In this document: piece by piece, positions 9,629 through 19,511 of the stretch
Position numbering within the stretch: the first letter of the stretch is position 1
Layout: every line of letters begins with the position of its first letter
NCBI GenBank assembly: GCA_013335435.1
Contig: JAAXVP010000001.1
Span: 1 to 46,808 of the forward strand
Reading direction: 5' to 3'
From: Thiobacillus sp.
Lineage (GTDB): Bacteria > Pseudomonadota > Gammaproteobacteria > Burkholderiales > Thiobacillaceae
Length of the DNA: 46,808 bases
The notes under the pieces: model-generated
Database searches by the model: none
What the model was told of the DNA's origin: nothing
Seen by the model: the letters and a program-made list of their open reading frames with translations, nothing else
Translations under genes and position numbers: made by a program

Positions 9629-10279
9629 TTACTTGACCGGTACCGTGGTCAATCCCAGCACCTTCCAATCCTGCATGCCGCCCCGGTACCACTTGAGCTT
9701 GTGGGCCGGGTAACCGTAGGCCAGCAACTGCTTGATGTTGGTTGGCGACTGCCCGCACCAAGGACCGTTGCAGTAAAAAACCAAGGTACGCGCATTCTCG
9801 AAGTTCCACAACCCGGCCGAGCGCGCGGCTCCGAAGCGTAAAACCAGGATATCGGCGATCTTGTCCGGATCGTTGTGGCCCGGATGCAGATCCGTCCAGG
9901 GAATCAGGATCGCGCCGGGAATGATCCCGCTACGCAAAGGCCAGTCGCCATCCCGTGAATCGATCACCAGGATGGAATTGTCGGTGACGGCCCGCTTGAG
10001 GTAATCGAGCACCTCCAACTCGCCCAGGGTCTCGACACCCGGCGCAAGTTGCATGGGCTGGATGCAATAGGGCGGACAGGGTCGGGAGGTCAGCGAGTAA
10101 TCCGGATCGACCATGTTGTCGGTGTCCGGGTTGCGTTCGATGATGGTTTTCTTGCCGTTGTGGAGCACCTCGACCCGGGGCAGGTCGTGGCTGATATTGA
10201 CCGGTTTGTAGGCTCCCGCCGCCAGCAACGCGGAAGGAACTGCGAACAGGCCGATCAGAACCGCAAGCTTGGCGCGCAT
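9629..10279 (-). CDS. soxL: Periplasmic rhodanese-like sulfurtransferase, SoxL-type
   Basis: Signal peptide, TSRPCPPYCIQPM, LVIDSR, FYCNGPWCGQS, KWYRGGMQDW; adjacent to soxYZ. Confidence 0.72.
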   Translation of the reverse strand: MRAKLAVLIGLFAVPSALLAAGAYKPVNISHDLPRVEVLHNGKKTIIERNPDTDNMVDPDYSLTSRPCPPYCIQPMQLAPGVETLGELEVLDYLKRAVTDNSILVIDSRDGDWPLRSGIIPGAILIPWTDLHPGHNDPDKIADILVLRFGAARSAGLWNFENARTLVFYCNGPWCGQSPTNIKQLLAYGYPAHKLKWYRGGMQDWKVLGLTTVPVK

Positions 10280-10291
10280 AGCGATCTCCTA

Positions 10292-10318
10292 TGTCGACAG
10301 GTGTCGACACCGTGCACG
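10292..10318. promoter_or_regulatory. Candidate operator: stacked palindromes upstream of the soxL-like gene
   Basis: TGTCGACA-GG-TGTCGACA-C-CGTGCACG directly upstream of the AGGAGA SD. Confidence 0.35.
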
Positions 10319-10340
10319 ATCAGCGGCGCGGGATACGCGC

Positions 10341-10376
10341 AAAACAAAAAAGGACCGGCCCTTCCCGGGCCAGTCC
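10341..10376 (-). terminator. Intrinsic terminator after soxZ
   Basis: Minus strand GGACTGGCCC-GGGAA-GGGCCGGTCC followed by TTTTTTGTTTT. Confidence 0.8.
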
Positions 10377-10390
10377 CCTTACCGCTGGCG

Positions 10391-10702
10391 TTAGCCGATG
10401 GTGGCTTCGGCGCTATCCTTCTCGCCCTTGTTGTCCACGGTCTCGATGACGACCTTGTCACCGGCCTTGGCACCCTTCACCTTGAACGCCAGGTACGGGT
10501 TCTTGGAAATGCCGCCGCCCCACTGGGCATCCAGCACCACCTTGCCGGCCACCGTCGCGGTCACGTTGGTGATGTGGTGCGCCGGCACCACCTCGCCCGT
10601 CTTCGCATCCTTGCGCAGACCGGTTTCCATGACGTGGTTCATCAGGGCCTTGATCTCGGCGCTGTCACCGGCCATCGAGGCACGAATCTTCATTCCAGCC
10701 AT
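10391..10702 (-). CDS. soxZ: Sulfur carrier subunit SoxZ
   Basis: MKIRA..HVMETGLRKD..PAHHI..WGGGISKNPYLAF..DNKG. Confidence 0.95.
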   Translation of the reverse strand: MAGMKIRASMAGDSAEIKALMNHVMETGLRKDAKTGEVVPAHHITNVTATVAGKVVLDAQWGGGISKNPYLAFKVKGAKAGDKVVIETVDNKGEKDSAEATIG

Positions 10703-10785
10703 CTTGTCTTCCTTCCGTATTCGTTACGTATTGGGTTCGCGTCGGTCGCTCCATCGCTCCGCGATGGGACAAAACTGAGCGTCTG

Positions 10786-11256
10786 TTAACCGCCGCAGCC
10801 GCCAATGGTGACCTTGACTTCCTTCGCCGCCGTAAAGGTCTTGCCGCCCGCCTTGACGATCGCGCGCACGTTCGAGGTCGCGCCCATCTTGATCCGGGTC
10901 GACACGTAACCTTCGGCTCCGTTCGACAGGCCAAAGTCGGCAATCAGGGGGAAACCGTTCTTCTCGGCCAGGATGATGATGCGCTCGGTGCCCGGGATCG
11001 CGGAGATCACTTCCACCGGAACCACCGCGCCGTTCTCGGCAATGTCCGGGGCCTTCACCGTGATGTCGCCGCTGTTGGCGGCACCCGCACCACCGACACC
11101 GGCCAGGGCACCCGCCATGTCCTTGGCATCGAAAGCAGCCTTGTTCCAGCCAGCCGCCCACACCGCACCCGGCTTCAGCAGGCCGGCGGCCACCGCCACC
11201 GTCACCACGCCAGCGGCGCCCGCGCCCTTGAGAATCTTTCTGCGATCGTTGTTCAT
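10786..11256 (-). CDS. soxY: Sulfur carrier subunit SoxY
   Basis: Tat signal (DRRKILK), APDIAENGAVVPV, C-terminal swinging arm VKVTIGGCGG. Confidence 0.97.
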   Translation of the reverse strand: MNNDRRKILKGAGAAGVVTVAVAAGLLKPGAVWAAGWNKAAFDAKDMAGALAGVGGAGAANSGDITVKAPDIAENGAVVPVEVISAIPGTERIIILAEKNGFPLIADFGLSNGAEGYVSTRIKMGATSNVRAIVKAGGKTFTAAKEVKVTIGGCGG

Positions 11257-11428
11257 ACAGTCTCTCCTAATGAGATGTTGTAAATACCGCCCTCCTCGAG
11301 CGGGTTCCGGATTTTGTCTATCCAGCCTGCATTAACTTAAATTTCAGCCCGGATGTTAAGAGTACAAACATCATGAATCCGGCCGTGAATAGTACCTCTA
11401 GCCACAGAATGTTCATACGGGCTGACGC

Positions 11429-11457
11429 AAAAAAGGGCGGTTGAAACCGCCCTTCTT
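11429..11457 (-). terminator. Intrinsic terminator after the cytochrome c4 gene
   Basis: AAGGGCGGT-TGAA-ACCGCCCTT stem with an A6 tract on the plus strand (T6 on minus). Confidence 0.8.
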
Positions 11458-11481
11458 GATACCTGCAAAAAACGCTGCAGA

Positions 11482-12087
11482 TCAGCGCAGGCCGGAGATG
11501 TATTCCGCCACCGCCAGCATCTCGCGATCGGTCAACTTGCGGGCAATGACCTGCATCATCTTGCCGCCATCATTGGCACGGTCACCACTGCGGAAATTCT
11601 TCAACTGGCTGAGCACGTACTTGGAATGCTGACCGGCCACGCGCGGGAACTGCACGGGAATGCCGGAACCGGCCGGGCCGTGGCAGGAGGCACAGGCAGG
11701 CACGCCGCTGCCGGGGTTGCCGCCCTTGTAGATCTTCTGGCCTTCGGCAACCAGCGCGGCATCCTTGGCCATACGAGCCTTGGACTGCTGGGAGGAGAAG
11801 TAGGCGGCCAGATTGAGCATGTCCTGCTGGCTCAGGTTGGTGACGTTGGGCGCCATGGTGGCGTTCTTCCGTGCACCCGCCTTGAAGTCGTTGAGTTGCT
11901 TGTTGATGTATTCCGGATGCTGGCCAGCCAGATTCGGGTAGATCGGGGAAGTGCTGTTGCCGTCGGCGCCGTGGCAGGCACCGCAGACTTTGTCGACAAT
12001 CGGTTGGCCCTTGGCGGCATCGCCGGCGGCCGCGAAGGCACCACCAGCCACGAACAGACTGCTCAGCAAAACAATAAGGTGCTTCAT
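11482..12087 (-). CDS. Diheme cytochrome c4
   Basis: Signal peptide from ATG 12087 (GGAG SD), two CxxCH motifs (CGACH, CASCH), PNLAGQ/PRVAGQ motifs, divergent from engB. Confidence 0.92.
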   Translation of the reverse strand: MKHLIVLLSSLFVAGGAFAAAGDAAKGQPIVDKVCGACHGADGNSTSPIYPNLAGQHPEYINKQLNDFKAGARKNATMAPNVTNLSQQDMLNLAAYFSSQQSKARMAKDAALVAEGQKIYKGGNPGSGVPACASCHGPAGSGIPVQFPRVAGQHSKYVLSQLKNFRSGDRANDGGKMMQVIARKLTDREMLAVAEYISGLR

Positions 12088-12176
12088 CGCAATGGCTCCT
12101 GTTATTCTTTCGGGACATACAAACCTGCGCATTCTAGCGGCATTGCCCAAACCCTGCCAACCATCCCGGATCAACC

Positions 12177-12839
12177 TTGTTAAACGCATCATTCTTCATC
12201 ACGGTCGCCCATATCGCCGACCTGCCCCCCGACAGCATCGCCGAGATCGCCTTCGCTGGCCGTTCGAACGCCGGCAAGTCGAGCGCGATCAACACCATCG
12301 CCCTGCACAAGCGGCTGGCCTTCGTCAGCAAGACTCCCGGACGCACCCAGCACCTCAACTTCTTCAAGGTGGCCGAACAGCGCTTCCTGGTCGACCTGCC
12401 CGGCTATGGTTTCGCCAAGGCCCCGCTCGACCAGCAACGTGGCTGGCAATCGCTGATCGGTGGCTACCTGGCCTCGCGCCCGCCGCTGCGCGGCCTGGTC
12501 CTGATCATGGATGCGCGGCATCCGTTCACCGATCTCGATATCCAATTGCTGGAGTGGTTCCGGGTCTCCGGCAAACCGGTCCATGTCCTGCTGTCCAAGT
12601 CCGACAAGCTGAACCGTAGCGAGTGCACCCTGACCTTGAAGAAGGCGCGCGAAATGCTCGCCGAAATGGGCCTGAACGGCACGGCGCAACTTTTCTCCAG
12701 CCCGAAGCGGGTCGGCGTCGACGAGGCCGAGGCCGTGCTCCGGCAATGGCTCGAGCTGCCCAAAGCGCCGCCCAAGGTACGTACGCCAGCCGATCCGGGA
12801 CAAAAAAAACCCGGCTCCAGGGGATATAGAGCCGGGTGA
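12177..12839 (+). CDS. engB: Ribosome biogenesis GTPase EngB/YihA
   Basis: GRSNAGKSS, SKTPGRTQ, DLPGYG, SKSDKL. TTG start is uncertain. Confidence 0.93.
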   Translation: MLNASFFITVAHIADLPPDSIAEIAFAGRSNAGKSSAINTIALHKRLAFVSKTPGRTQHLNFFKVAEQRFLVDLPGYGFAKAPLDQQRGWQSLIGGYLASRPPLRGLVLIMDARHPFTDLDIQLLEWFRVSGKPVHVLLSKSDKLNRSECTLTLKKAREMLAEMGLNGTAQLFSSPKRVGVDEAEAVLRQWLELPKAPPKVRTPADPGQKKPGSRGYRAG

Positions 12840-12906
12840 ACATCACCCTGACCTTGCGTCAGGGAACCCGCTCAGGGAGTGAAGCGGGAGACGAAGGGGA
12901 CCGTCT
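12802..12906 (-). ncRNA. Candidate small RNA antisense to the engB 3' end
   Basis: Four consecutive hairpins, three with C-rich loops; the last is followed by T8. An ECF-type promoter lies just upstream. Confidence 0.6.
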
Positions 12907-12910
12907 GGCT

Positions 12911-12940
12911 AGGAGACCGGGGGCCGCGCGAAGAAGTTCC
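12911..12940 (-). promoter_or_regulatory. Candidate sigmaE/AlgU-type promoter
   Basis: GGAACTT (12940-12934), 16-nt spacer, GTCT (12917-12914). Confidence 0.55.
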
Positions 12941-12964
12941 CCCTTGAGCGCCAGGATTCGTTAG

Positions 12965-13999
<1,035 letters not shown>

Positions 14000-14012
14000 T
14001 ACTGACCGGCCC

Positions 14013-14750
14013 TTACTGGGCCATGTTCAGCCGGCGCTCGCGTTCGACCCGGATGATGTAGCGCTGGATGTCGGTTTCCACGCTGGCCGGCAGGTCGATG
14101 AACTGGCAACCCACCCGGCGCGTGGCGATGCCGTTCTTCATGACTTGCTCGTAGACCGCGCGGATGCGCAGGCTGACCACGAAGTTGCCGGCATTGGGCA
14201 AGGACAGGCGACAGCCATGGCAGACGTCGCCCTCCTTGAGCTTGGCCTCCTGCGAATAGGCCAGAACGCCCAGGCCACCGATACTGATATCCAGCACGAC
14301 GGTATCGAGCATGAAGCCATCGACGTCGATCATGCACTTCACCGGATGGGTCATGGGAGTCGGCAGGCGATAGTATTCGCGCCGCTGGATGCGCAACACT
14401 TCCTTGGGCAACTCGGCGCGCAGCACCCGCTCGCCGTCGAGTACGACCTGGCTCAGCGAGGGCGTCTTGAACAGAACCCGGACCTGGTCGTGGGCCGTAT
14501 TGAAGGCCACTTCGGCGCTGGCCATGAGCGCCTGGTCTATCGCCGGGTCCGGCCCGGCACCGAAATAGACCGCATGGCCATCCGGATCGACCTTGATCAA
14601 GGTGGTCACCAGGAAATCGCGATTGTTTTCGCTGCAGGCCGTGACCAGTGAACGCTTGCCCATCACGCTGCGCAGGATGCGCTCGATCTCGGCCGGGTGC
14701 GTGATCTTGAAGCGCTCCATCTCCTCAGGCGAACCGATATCCATCGTCAT
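14013..14750 (-). CDS. ycgR: Flagellar brake protein (YcgR-N + PilZ)
   Basis: PilZ motifs QRREYYR and DISIGG; YcgR-like N-domain. Confidence 0.85.
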   Translation of the reverse strand: MTMDIGSPEEMERFKITHPAEIERILRSVMGKRSLVTACSENNRDFLVTTLIKVDPDGHAVYFGAGPDPAIDQALMASAEVAFNTAHDQVRVLFKTPSLSQVVLDGERVLRAELPKEVLRIQRREYYRLPTPMTHPVKCMIDVDGFMLDTVVLDISIGGLGVLAYSQEAKLKEGDVCHGCRLSLPNAGNFVVSLRIRAVYEQVMKNGIATRRVGCQFIDLPASVETDIQRYIIRVERERRLNMAQ

Positions 14751-14754
14751 TTTT

Positions 14755-15417
14755 CTACTCCCTGCTGCCAGTCATGCTCTCGTAACCTTGATAACCGGGG
14801 ACATCGCCCACGCACGGATCGGCACTCCCGGCGGCCCCCGTCTCGGTCCGAGCCAATATCTGGCGTAGCTGATCAACGCTCAGGCGGCGACGCGCCTCCA
14901 TGCTCTCCCGCGCAGCGCTGTGCATGGACTGTACCGGCAAAACCCGCACCTGCACATCGGCCGGCTGTGAAAACAAGGTAAATATCGAGCCTTCGCGACG
15001 CTCCTCGGTCTTGAATTCGATATCGGCGTTGAGCAGAAACTGCTCGAACTCCTTGCTCGAATCGGCATACACCTCCAGCTCGATATCGGCGTGCCTGACC
15101 GCGACGCCCTGCGCCAGGCCGCCGACCAGCACGGGCCGGAAACGGTCCAGGGCGACCATCACTTCGATCGCCTGCCGACGCCGGTCATCGAGATCGCGGG
15201 GGCCGGAATCCGGCTCGAACAAGGTGGCATACATGCGCAATTCGGCGTCGATTTCCTCGTTGCTTGGCAGGCCGTTGAGGGCGGTCACGCCCAACTGGCG
15301 GGCAGCCTTGCGCTTGGCCATGGCGTGATCCTTGATGCCGTGCTCCATCATCAGTCGCGCCGCCAACTGTGCGATCCGCTGGCGGAGATGCTGATGGCGC
15401 TGGCCATCACGGGGCAT
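14755..15417 (-). CDS. Conserved hypothetical protein, putative nucleotidyltransferase-like fold
   Basis: RIAQLAARLM..AKRKAARQLG..LPSNEEIDAEL..RFRPVLVGG..ADIELEVYAD pattern; overlaps the mrcA end. Confidence 0.65.
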   Translation of the reverse strand: MPRDGQRHQHLRQRIAQLAARLMMEHGIKDHAMAKRKAARQLGVTALNGLPSNEEIDAELRMYATLFEPDSGPRDLDDRRRQAIEVMVALDRFRPVLVGGLAQGVAVRHADIELEVYADSSKEFEQFLLNADIEFKTEERREGSIFTLFSQPADVQVRVLPVQSMHSAARESMEARRRLSVDQLRQILARTETGAAGSADPCVGDVPGYQGYESMTGSRE

Positions 15418-17686
15418 TCAGGCCCCATCCGCCCGGAGGCTGTTGGGCCGCGGGAGTGAATTCCTGGAAGAAATACTCCGGCTGGCCGGCACTGTCGGGC
15501 ACGCCGGTATCCGGATCGACGTTGATGGTCACCACGCCCTCGGGGACCAGGTAGGTCTTCATGGGGACATCCTTGAGCGCCACCGACATGTAGCGCATCC
15601 AGATCGGCAAGGCAGCCTGGCTGCCGGTTTCGCCCGGTCCCAGGGGCCGCGGCTGGTCGTAGCCCATCCAGGTGATGGCGACGCGGTCGGGGTTGTAGCC
15701 GGCGAACCAGGCATCCCGGTGGTCGTTGGTGGTACCGGTCTTGCCGGCCAGATCGGTACGCCCCAGGCTCGACGCTGCCGCGGCGGTGCCGCGACGCACC
15801 ACGTCCTGCAGCAAAGAGGTCATGACGAAGGCATTGCGAGGCTCCAGGACGCGCTCGGCCGGTTGCGCCGCGAATTGCTCGAGCACCTTGCCATCCTTAT
15901 CGGTCACCTTGGTCAGATAATAGGGTTTCGGCAACATGCCGCCGTTCGCGAATACGGCATAGGCCGAGGCCAACTGCAGGGCGGTCACCTCGCCGGCACC
16001 GAGTGCCATGGTCAGGTAGGGCGGTATGCGGCCGGGCGTGAAGCCGAAGCGCAGCGCATGCGCCTGGGCGAACTCGGTGGTCGCCGCCTGGAGCAGGCGG
16101 ATGGCGACCAGGTTCTTCGACTTGATCAGGGCGGTGCGCACGGTGACCGGCCCATCCATCTCGCCATCGTAGTTTTTCGGCTCCCATAACTGATCGCCGG
16201 TCTGCGCCGGATCGACCTCCAGAGGGGCATCGTCGAATATGGTGGCCGGCGTGATGCCGCGCTCCAGTGCCGCGGAGTAGATAAACGGCTTGAACGACGA
16301 ACCCGGCTGGCGCCAGGCCTGGGTAGCGTGATTGAACTGGTTGCGGGCGAAGTCGAAGCCGCCCACCAAGGCGCGGATCGCGCCATCTGCCGGCGAGATC
16401 GCCACCAGGGCCGCCTCGACCTGGGGCAAATAGGTGAGTTGCCAGGGTTGTCCGGGGGCCAGTTGCACCACCCTGACCAGGGAACCGACGCGCAAACGCT
16501 TGGCCGCCGGGGTCTTGGGCGAGAGGGCGTAACGGGCGAATTTCACCTCGCTCTCGCCCAGCGCCACCTCCTCACCGCCACGCAAACGCACCTGGATCTG
16601 CTTCTTGCCGATCTCCGTCACCACAGCGGGCAACAAGCCATTCGCCTCGTCCCGCGCCAAGGCATCCGACTCCACCCGGGCACGCTCGTCCGCATCCGCC
16701 GGCAAGTTCAACTGCGCCTCGGGACCCGGGTAGCCCCGACGTCGGTTGAACTCCACCACGCCCGTGCGTACCGCGTCTTCCGCCGCCTTCTGCTCGGCCA
16801 TGCGCAAGGTCGTATAGACCCGCATGCCGCTCGAGTAGATTTGCTCGCCATAGCGCTGATAGAGATATTGCCGGGCCATTTCGGCCAGATGGCTGGCCCC
16901 GGCGCTCTGCACGCGCGACGACGAGCCGCGCACGACCAACCGGCTCGCCTTGGCCTGAGCGAGTTGTGCGTCAGAGATGAAACGGAGTTCATGCATACGC
17001 CGCAGCACATATTGCTGGCGCATCTTGGCACGCGCCGGATTGACCACCGGATTGAACGAAGAGGGGGCCTTGGGCAAGCCCGCGAGCATGGCCGCCTCGG
17101 CAAGGCTGATCTGGCCGACCGGCTTGCCGAAATAGGTTTGCGCAGCCGCTGCGAACCCGTAGGCGCGCTGACCGAGGTAAATCTGGTTGAGATAGAGTTC
17201 GAATATCTCGTCCTTGGACAGGGCATGCTCGATCTTGAACGCCAGCAAGACCTCGTTCAGCTTGCGTCGCATGGTCCGTTCGGAGGACAGGAAGAAGTTG
17301 CGCGCCACCTGCATGGTGATCGTCGACGCCCCCTCACGGACGCCGCCGGACAAAACATTGGAGACCGCTGCCCGCAGTACGCCCACGGTGTCGACGCCAC
17401 CGTGCTCGTAAAACCGCTCGTCTTCCGCCGCCAGAATGGCCTGGCGCAGCACCAGCGGCACATCCTGCAACCGCACCACCGAGCGACGTTCCTCGCCGAA
17501 CTCCGCGAGCAGGCCGCCATCCTCTGAATACACCTTCAGCGACATCTTGGGACGGTAATCGGTCAAAACGTCCAGGCTCGGCAAGGAAGGGTAAACCAAA
17601 GCCACAGCCAGCCCCGCCACGGCAACCGCGCCAGCCAGCAGTCCGGCTGCCGTCACCAGGGCGAGATACCACCACTTCTTACGCAT
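15407..17686 (-). CDS. mrcA: Penicillin-binding protein 1A
   Basis: AEDERFYEHGGVD, GASTITMQVARN, RQPGSSFKP, KTGTTND; divergent from pilM. Confidence 0.95.
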   Translation of the reverse strand: MRKKWWYLALVTAAGLLAGAVAVAGLAVALVYPSLPSLDVLTDYRPKMSLKVYSEDGGLLAEFGEERRSVVRLQDVPLVLRQAILAAEDERFYEHGGVDTVGVLRAAVSNVLSGGVREGASTITMQVARNFFLSSERTMRRKLNEVLLAFKIEHALSKDEIFELYLNQIYLGQRAYGFAAAAQTYFGKPVGQISLAEAAMLAGLPKAPSSFNPVVNPARAKMRQQYVLRRMHELRFISDAQLAQAKASRLVVRGSSSRVQSAGASHLAEMARQYLYQRYGEQIYSSGMRVYTTLRMAEQKAAEDAVRTGVVEFNRRRGYPGPEAQLNLPADADERARVESDALARDEANGLLPAVVTEIGKKQIQVRLRGGEEVALGESEVKFARYALSPKTPAAKRLRVGSLVRVVQLAPGQPWQLTYLPQVEAALVAISPADGAIRALVGGFDFARNQFNHATQAWRQPGSSFKPFIYSAALERGITPATIFDDAPLEVDPAQTGDQLWEPKNYDGEMDGPVTVRTALIKSKNLVAIRLLQAATTEFAQAHALRFGFTPGRIPPYLTMALGAGEVTALQLASAYAVFANGGMLPKPYYLTKVTDKDGKVLEQFAAQPAERVLEPRNAFVMTSLLQDVVRRGTAAAASSLGRTDLAGKTGTTNDHRDAWFAGYNPDRVAITWMGYDQPRPLGPGETGSQAALPIWMRYMSVALKDVPMKTYLVPEGVVTINVDPDTGVPDSAGQPEYFFQEFTPAAQQPPGGWGLNAP

Positions 17687-17838
17687 CTAGCATTCCTCTG
17701 CTTACTCCAAGACCCAATTGTCGCGATTCCGCGTCCCAGCCACGAAAAAATAAAGTTGCGCCTTAAAAAAAATTGTTGCTAGGATTTGTGAAAGAAACTT
17801 AAATAAAAGCGCTAACCAGGCTGCATGAAAGGGAAATC

Positions 17839-18915
17839 TTGGGCTTTGGATTATTCAGCAGCAAGTCGAAACCGCTGATCGGCGTCGATATTAGCTCATC
17901 AGCGGTGAAAATGCTTGAGCTCGGGGTCGGCAGTGACGGCTCCCGCCGAGTCGAGCGTTATGCCATCGCACGGCTGCCCCGCGAGGCCGTTACCGAGGGC
18001 ACCCTGACCAAGCCGGAAGCGGTCGAGGTGGCCATGCGCGAGGCATGGCAAACCCTGGATACACGGACCCGCGACATCGTTCTGGCCTTGCCGGCTTCCG
18101 CGGTTACGGCGAAAAAGCTGATCCTGCCCAAGGAAGCCAGCGAGGAAGACATCGAAAGCCAAGCCATATCGGAAGCCACCCAGATCGTGCCCTTCCCCAT
18201 GGAAGAGATCACACTGGACTTCCAGGTTCTCGGCCCGACCGAACGCAATCCGAACGACAATGAAGTGCTGGTCGTCATCACCCGCAAGGACCGTGTCGAC
18301 GAACGAGTCGCGGTGGCCGAATCGGCCGGTCTCAAGACCACGGTCATGGATGTCGATACCTACGCGACCCTGAGTGCCTTCGACCAGATCGCCTTCCAAC
18401 TGCCGAATGCCGGCAAGGGCCAGACGATCGCCATCGTCGACATCGGGCACACCACCACCCATGTCAACATCATGCATGACAACAAGCCGGTCTATCAGCG
18501 CGAGCACCCGTTCGGCGGCCAGATACTGACCCAGGAAATCAGCCGCCGCTTCGGCCTGCCGTGGGAAGAAGCCGAAGACGCCAAGTGCAAGGGGCTGTTG
18601 CCGGAAAGTTTCGAATCCGAGGTTCTGCGCCCCTTCCTGGATTCCGCGGCGCAGGAGATCAGCCGGGCGCTGCAACTGTTCTTCGCTTCGTCTCCCCAGC
18701 AACATGTCGACCACCTGCTTCTGGCAGGCGGCTGCTCGTCGGTACCCGGCCTGGACGAAGCCGTGTTCGGCAAGACCCAGATCAGCACCATCATCACCAA
18801 CCCGTTCGCCAAGATGGCGGTTTCCAGCCACGTCAAGGCTAGACAACTCGCCATTGATGCCCCGGCGCTGTTCGTCGCCTGTGGCCTAGCCTTGCGGAGG
18901 TTCGATACAGCATGA
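17839..18915 (+). CDS. pilM: Type IV pilus assembly protein PilM
   Basis: IGVDISSSAVKMLEL, VDIG, FGGQILT, LAGG, ACGLALRRF. TTG start. Confidence 0.93.
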   Translation: MGFGLFSSKSKPLIGVDISSSAVKMLELGVGSDGSRRVERYAIARLPREAVTEGTLTKPEAVEVAMREAWQTLDTRTRDIVLALPASAVTAKKLILPKEASEEDIESQAISEATQIVPFPMEEITLDFQVLGPTERNPNDNEVLVVITRKDRVDERVAVAESAGLKTTVMDVDTYATLSAFDQIAFQLPNAGKGQTIAIVDIGHTTTHVNIMHDNKPVYQREHPFGGQILTQEISRRFGLPWEEAEDAKCKGLLPESFESEVLRPFLDSAAQEISRALQLFFASSPQQHVDHLLLAGGCSSVPGLDEAVFGKTQISTIITNPFAKMAVSSHVKARQLAIDAPALFVACGLALRRFDTA

Positions 18916-19511
18916 CCGCCATCCGCATCAACCTGCTGCCGCACCGCGAGCAGCGCCGCGCGCTACAGCAAAAAGCGCTGATTGCCATGATCGCGGGGGC
19001 CGCCGTTGTCGGACTGGCCGCAGTCGGCATCGGCCATTTCGTCATCACCGGCATGCAGGACCACCAGGCTGAACGCAATGCCTTCCTGAAAGCCGAGATC
19101 ACCAAGTTGGACGCCCAGATCAAGGAAATCGCCCAGCTCAAGGAAAAGACCAACGCCCTGCTGGCACGCAAACAGGTCGTCGAGCAACTCCAATCCAACC
19201 GCGCCGAGGTCGTCCACCTGTTCGATGAACTGGCCCGACAGCTGCCCGACGGCATGTACTTGAAATCGCTCAAACAGGTTGGCGACAAACTGACCCTGAC
19301 CGGTTATGCGCAATCCAGCGCCCGCGTCTCGACCTTGATGCGCAACATCGAGGACTCACCCTGGCTCGACGCCCCGCACCTGATCGAGGTGAAGGTATCG
19401 ACCCAGAACAAGACACGGATCAACGAATTCAGCCTGGAGGCCGTTCAGACCGTACCCAGTTCCGCTCCGGCGACAGAAGCCACACCCGAGAAGAAGGCTG
19501 GCACGCCATGA
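18912..19511 (+). CDS. pilN: Type IV pilus assembly protein PilN
   Basis: RINLLPHRE, TM, coiled coil, GYAQSSARVS. Confidence 0.93.
   Translation: MTAIRINLLPHREQRRALQQKALIAMIAGAAVVGLAAVGIGHFVITGMQDHQAERNAFLKAEITKLDAQIKEIAQLKEKTNALLARKQVVEQLQSNRAEVVHLFDELARQLPDGMYLKSLKQVGDKLTLTGYAQSSARVSTLMRNIEDSPWLDAPHLIEVKVSTQNKTRINEFSLEAVQTVPSSAPATEATPEKKAGTP

Noticed and set aside
14816-14845. GCCGATCC as a sigma28 -10 for ycgR
   Set aside because: No TAAA-like -35 at the required spacing.
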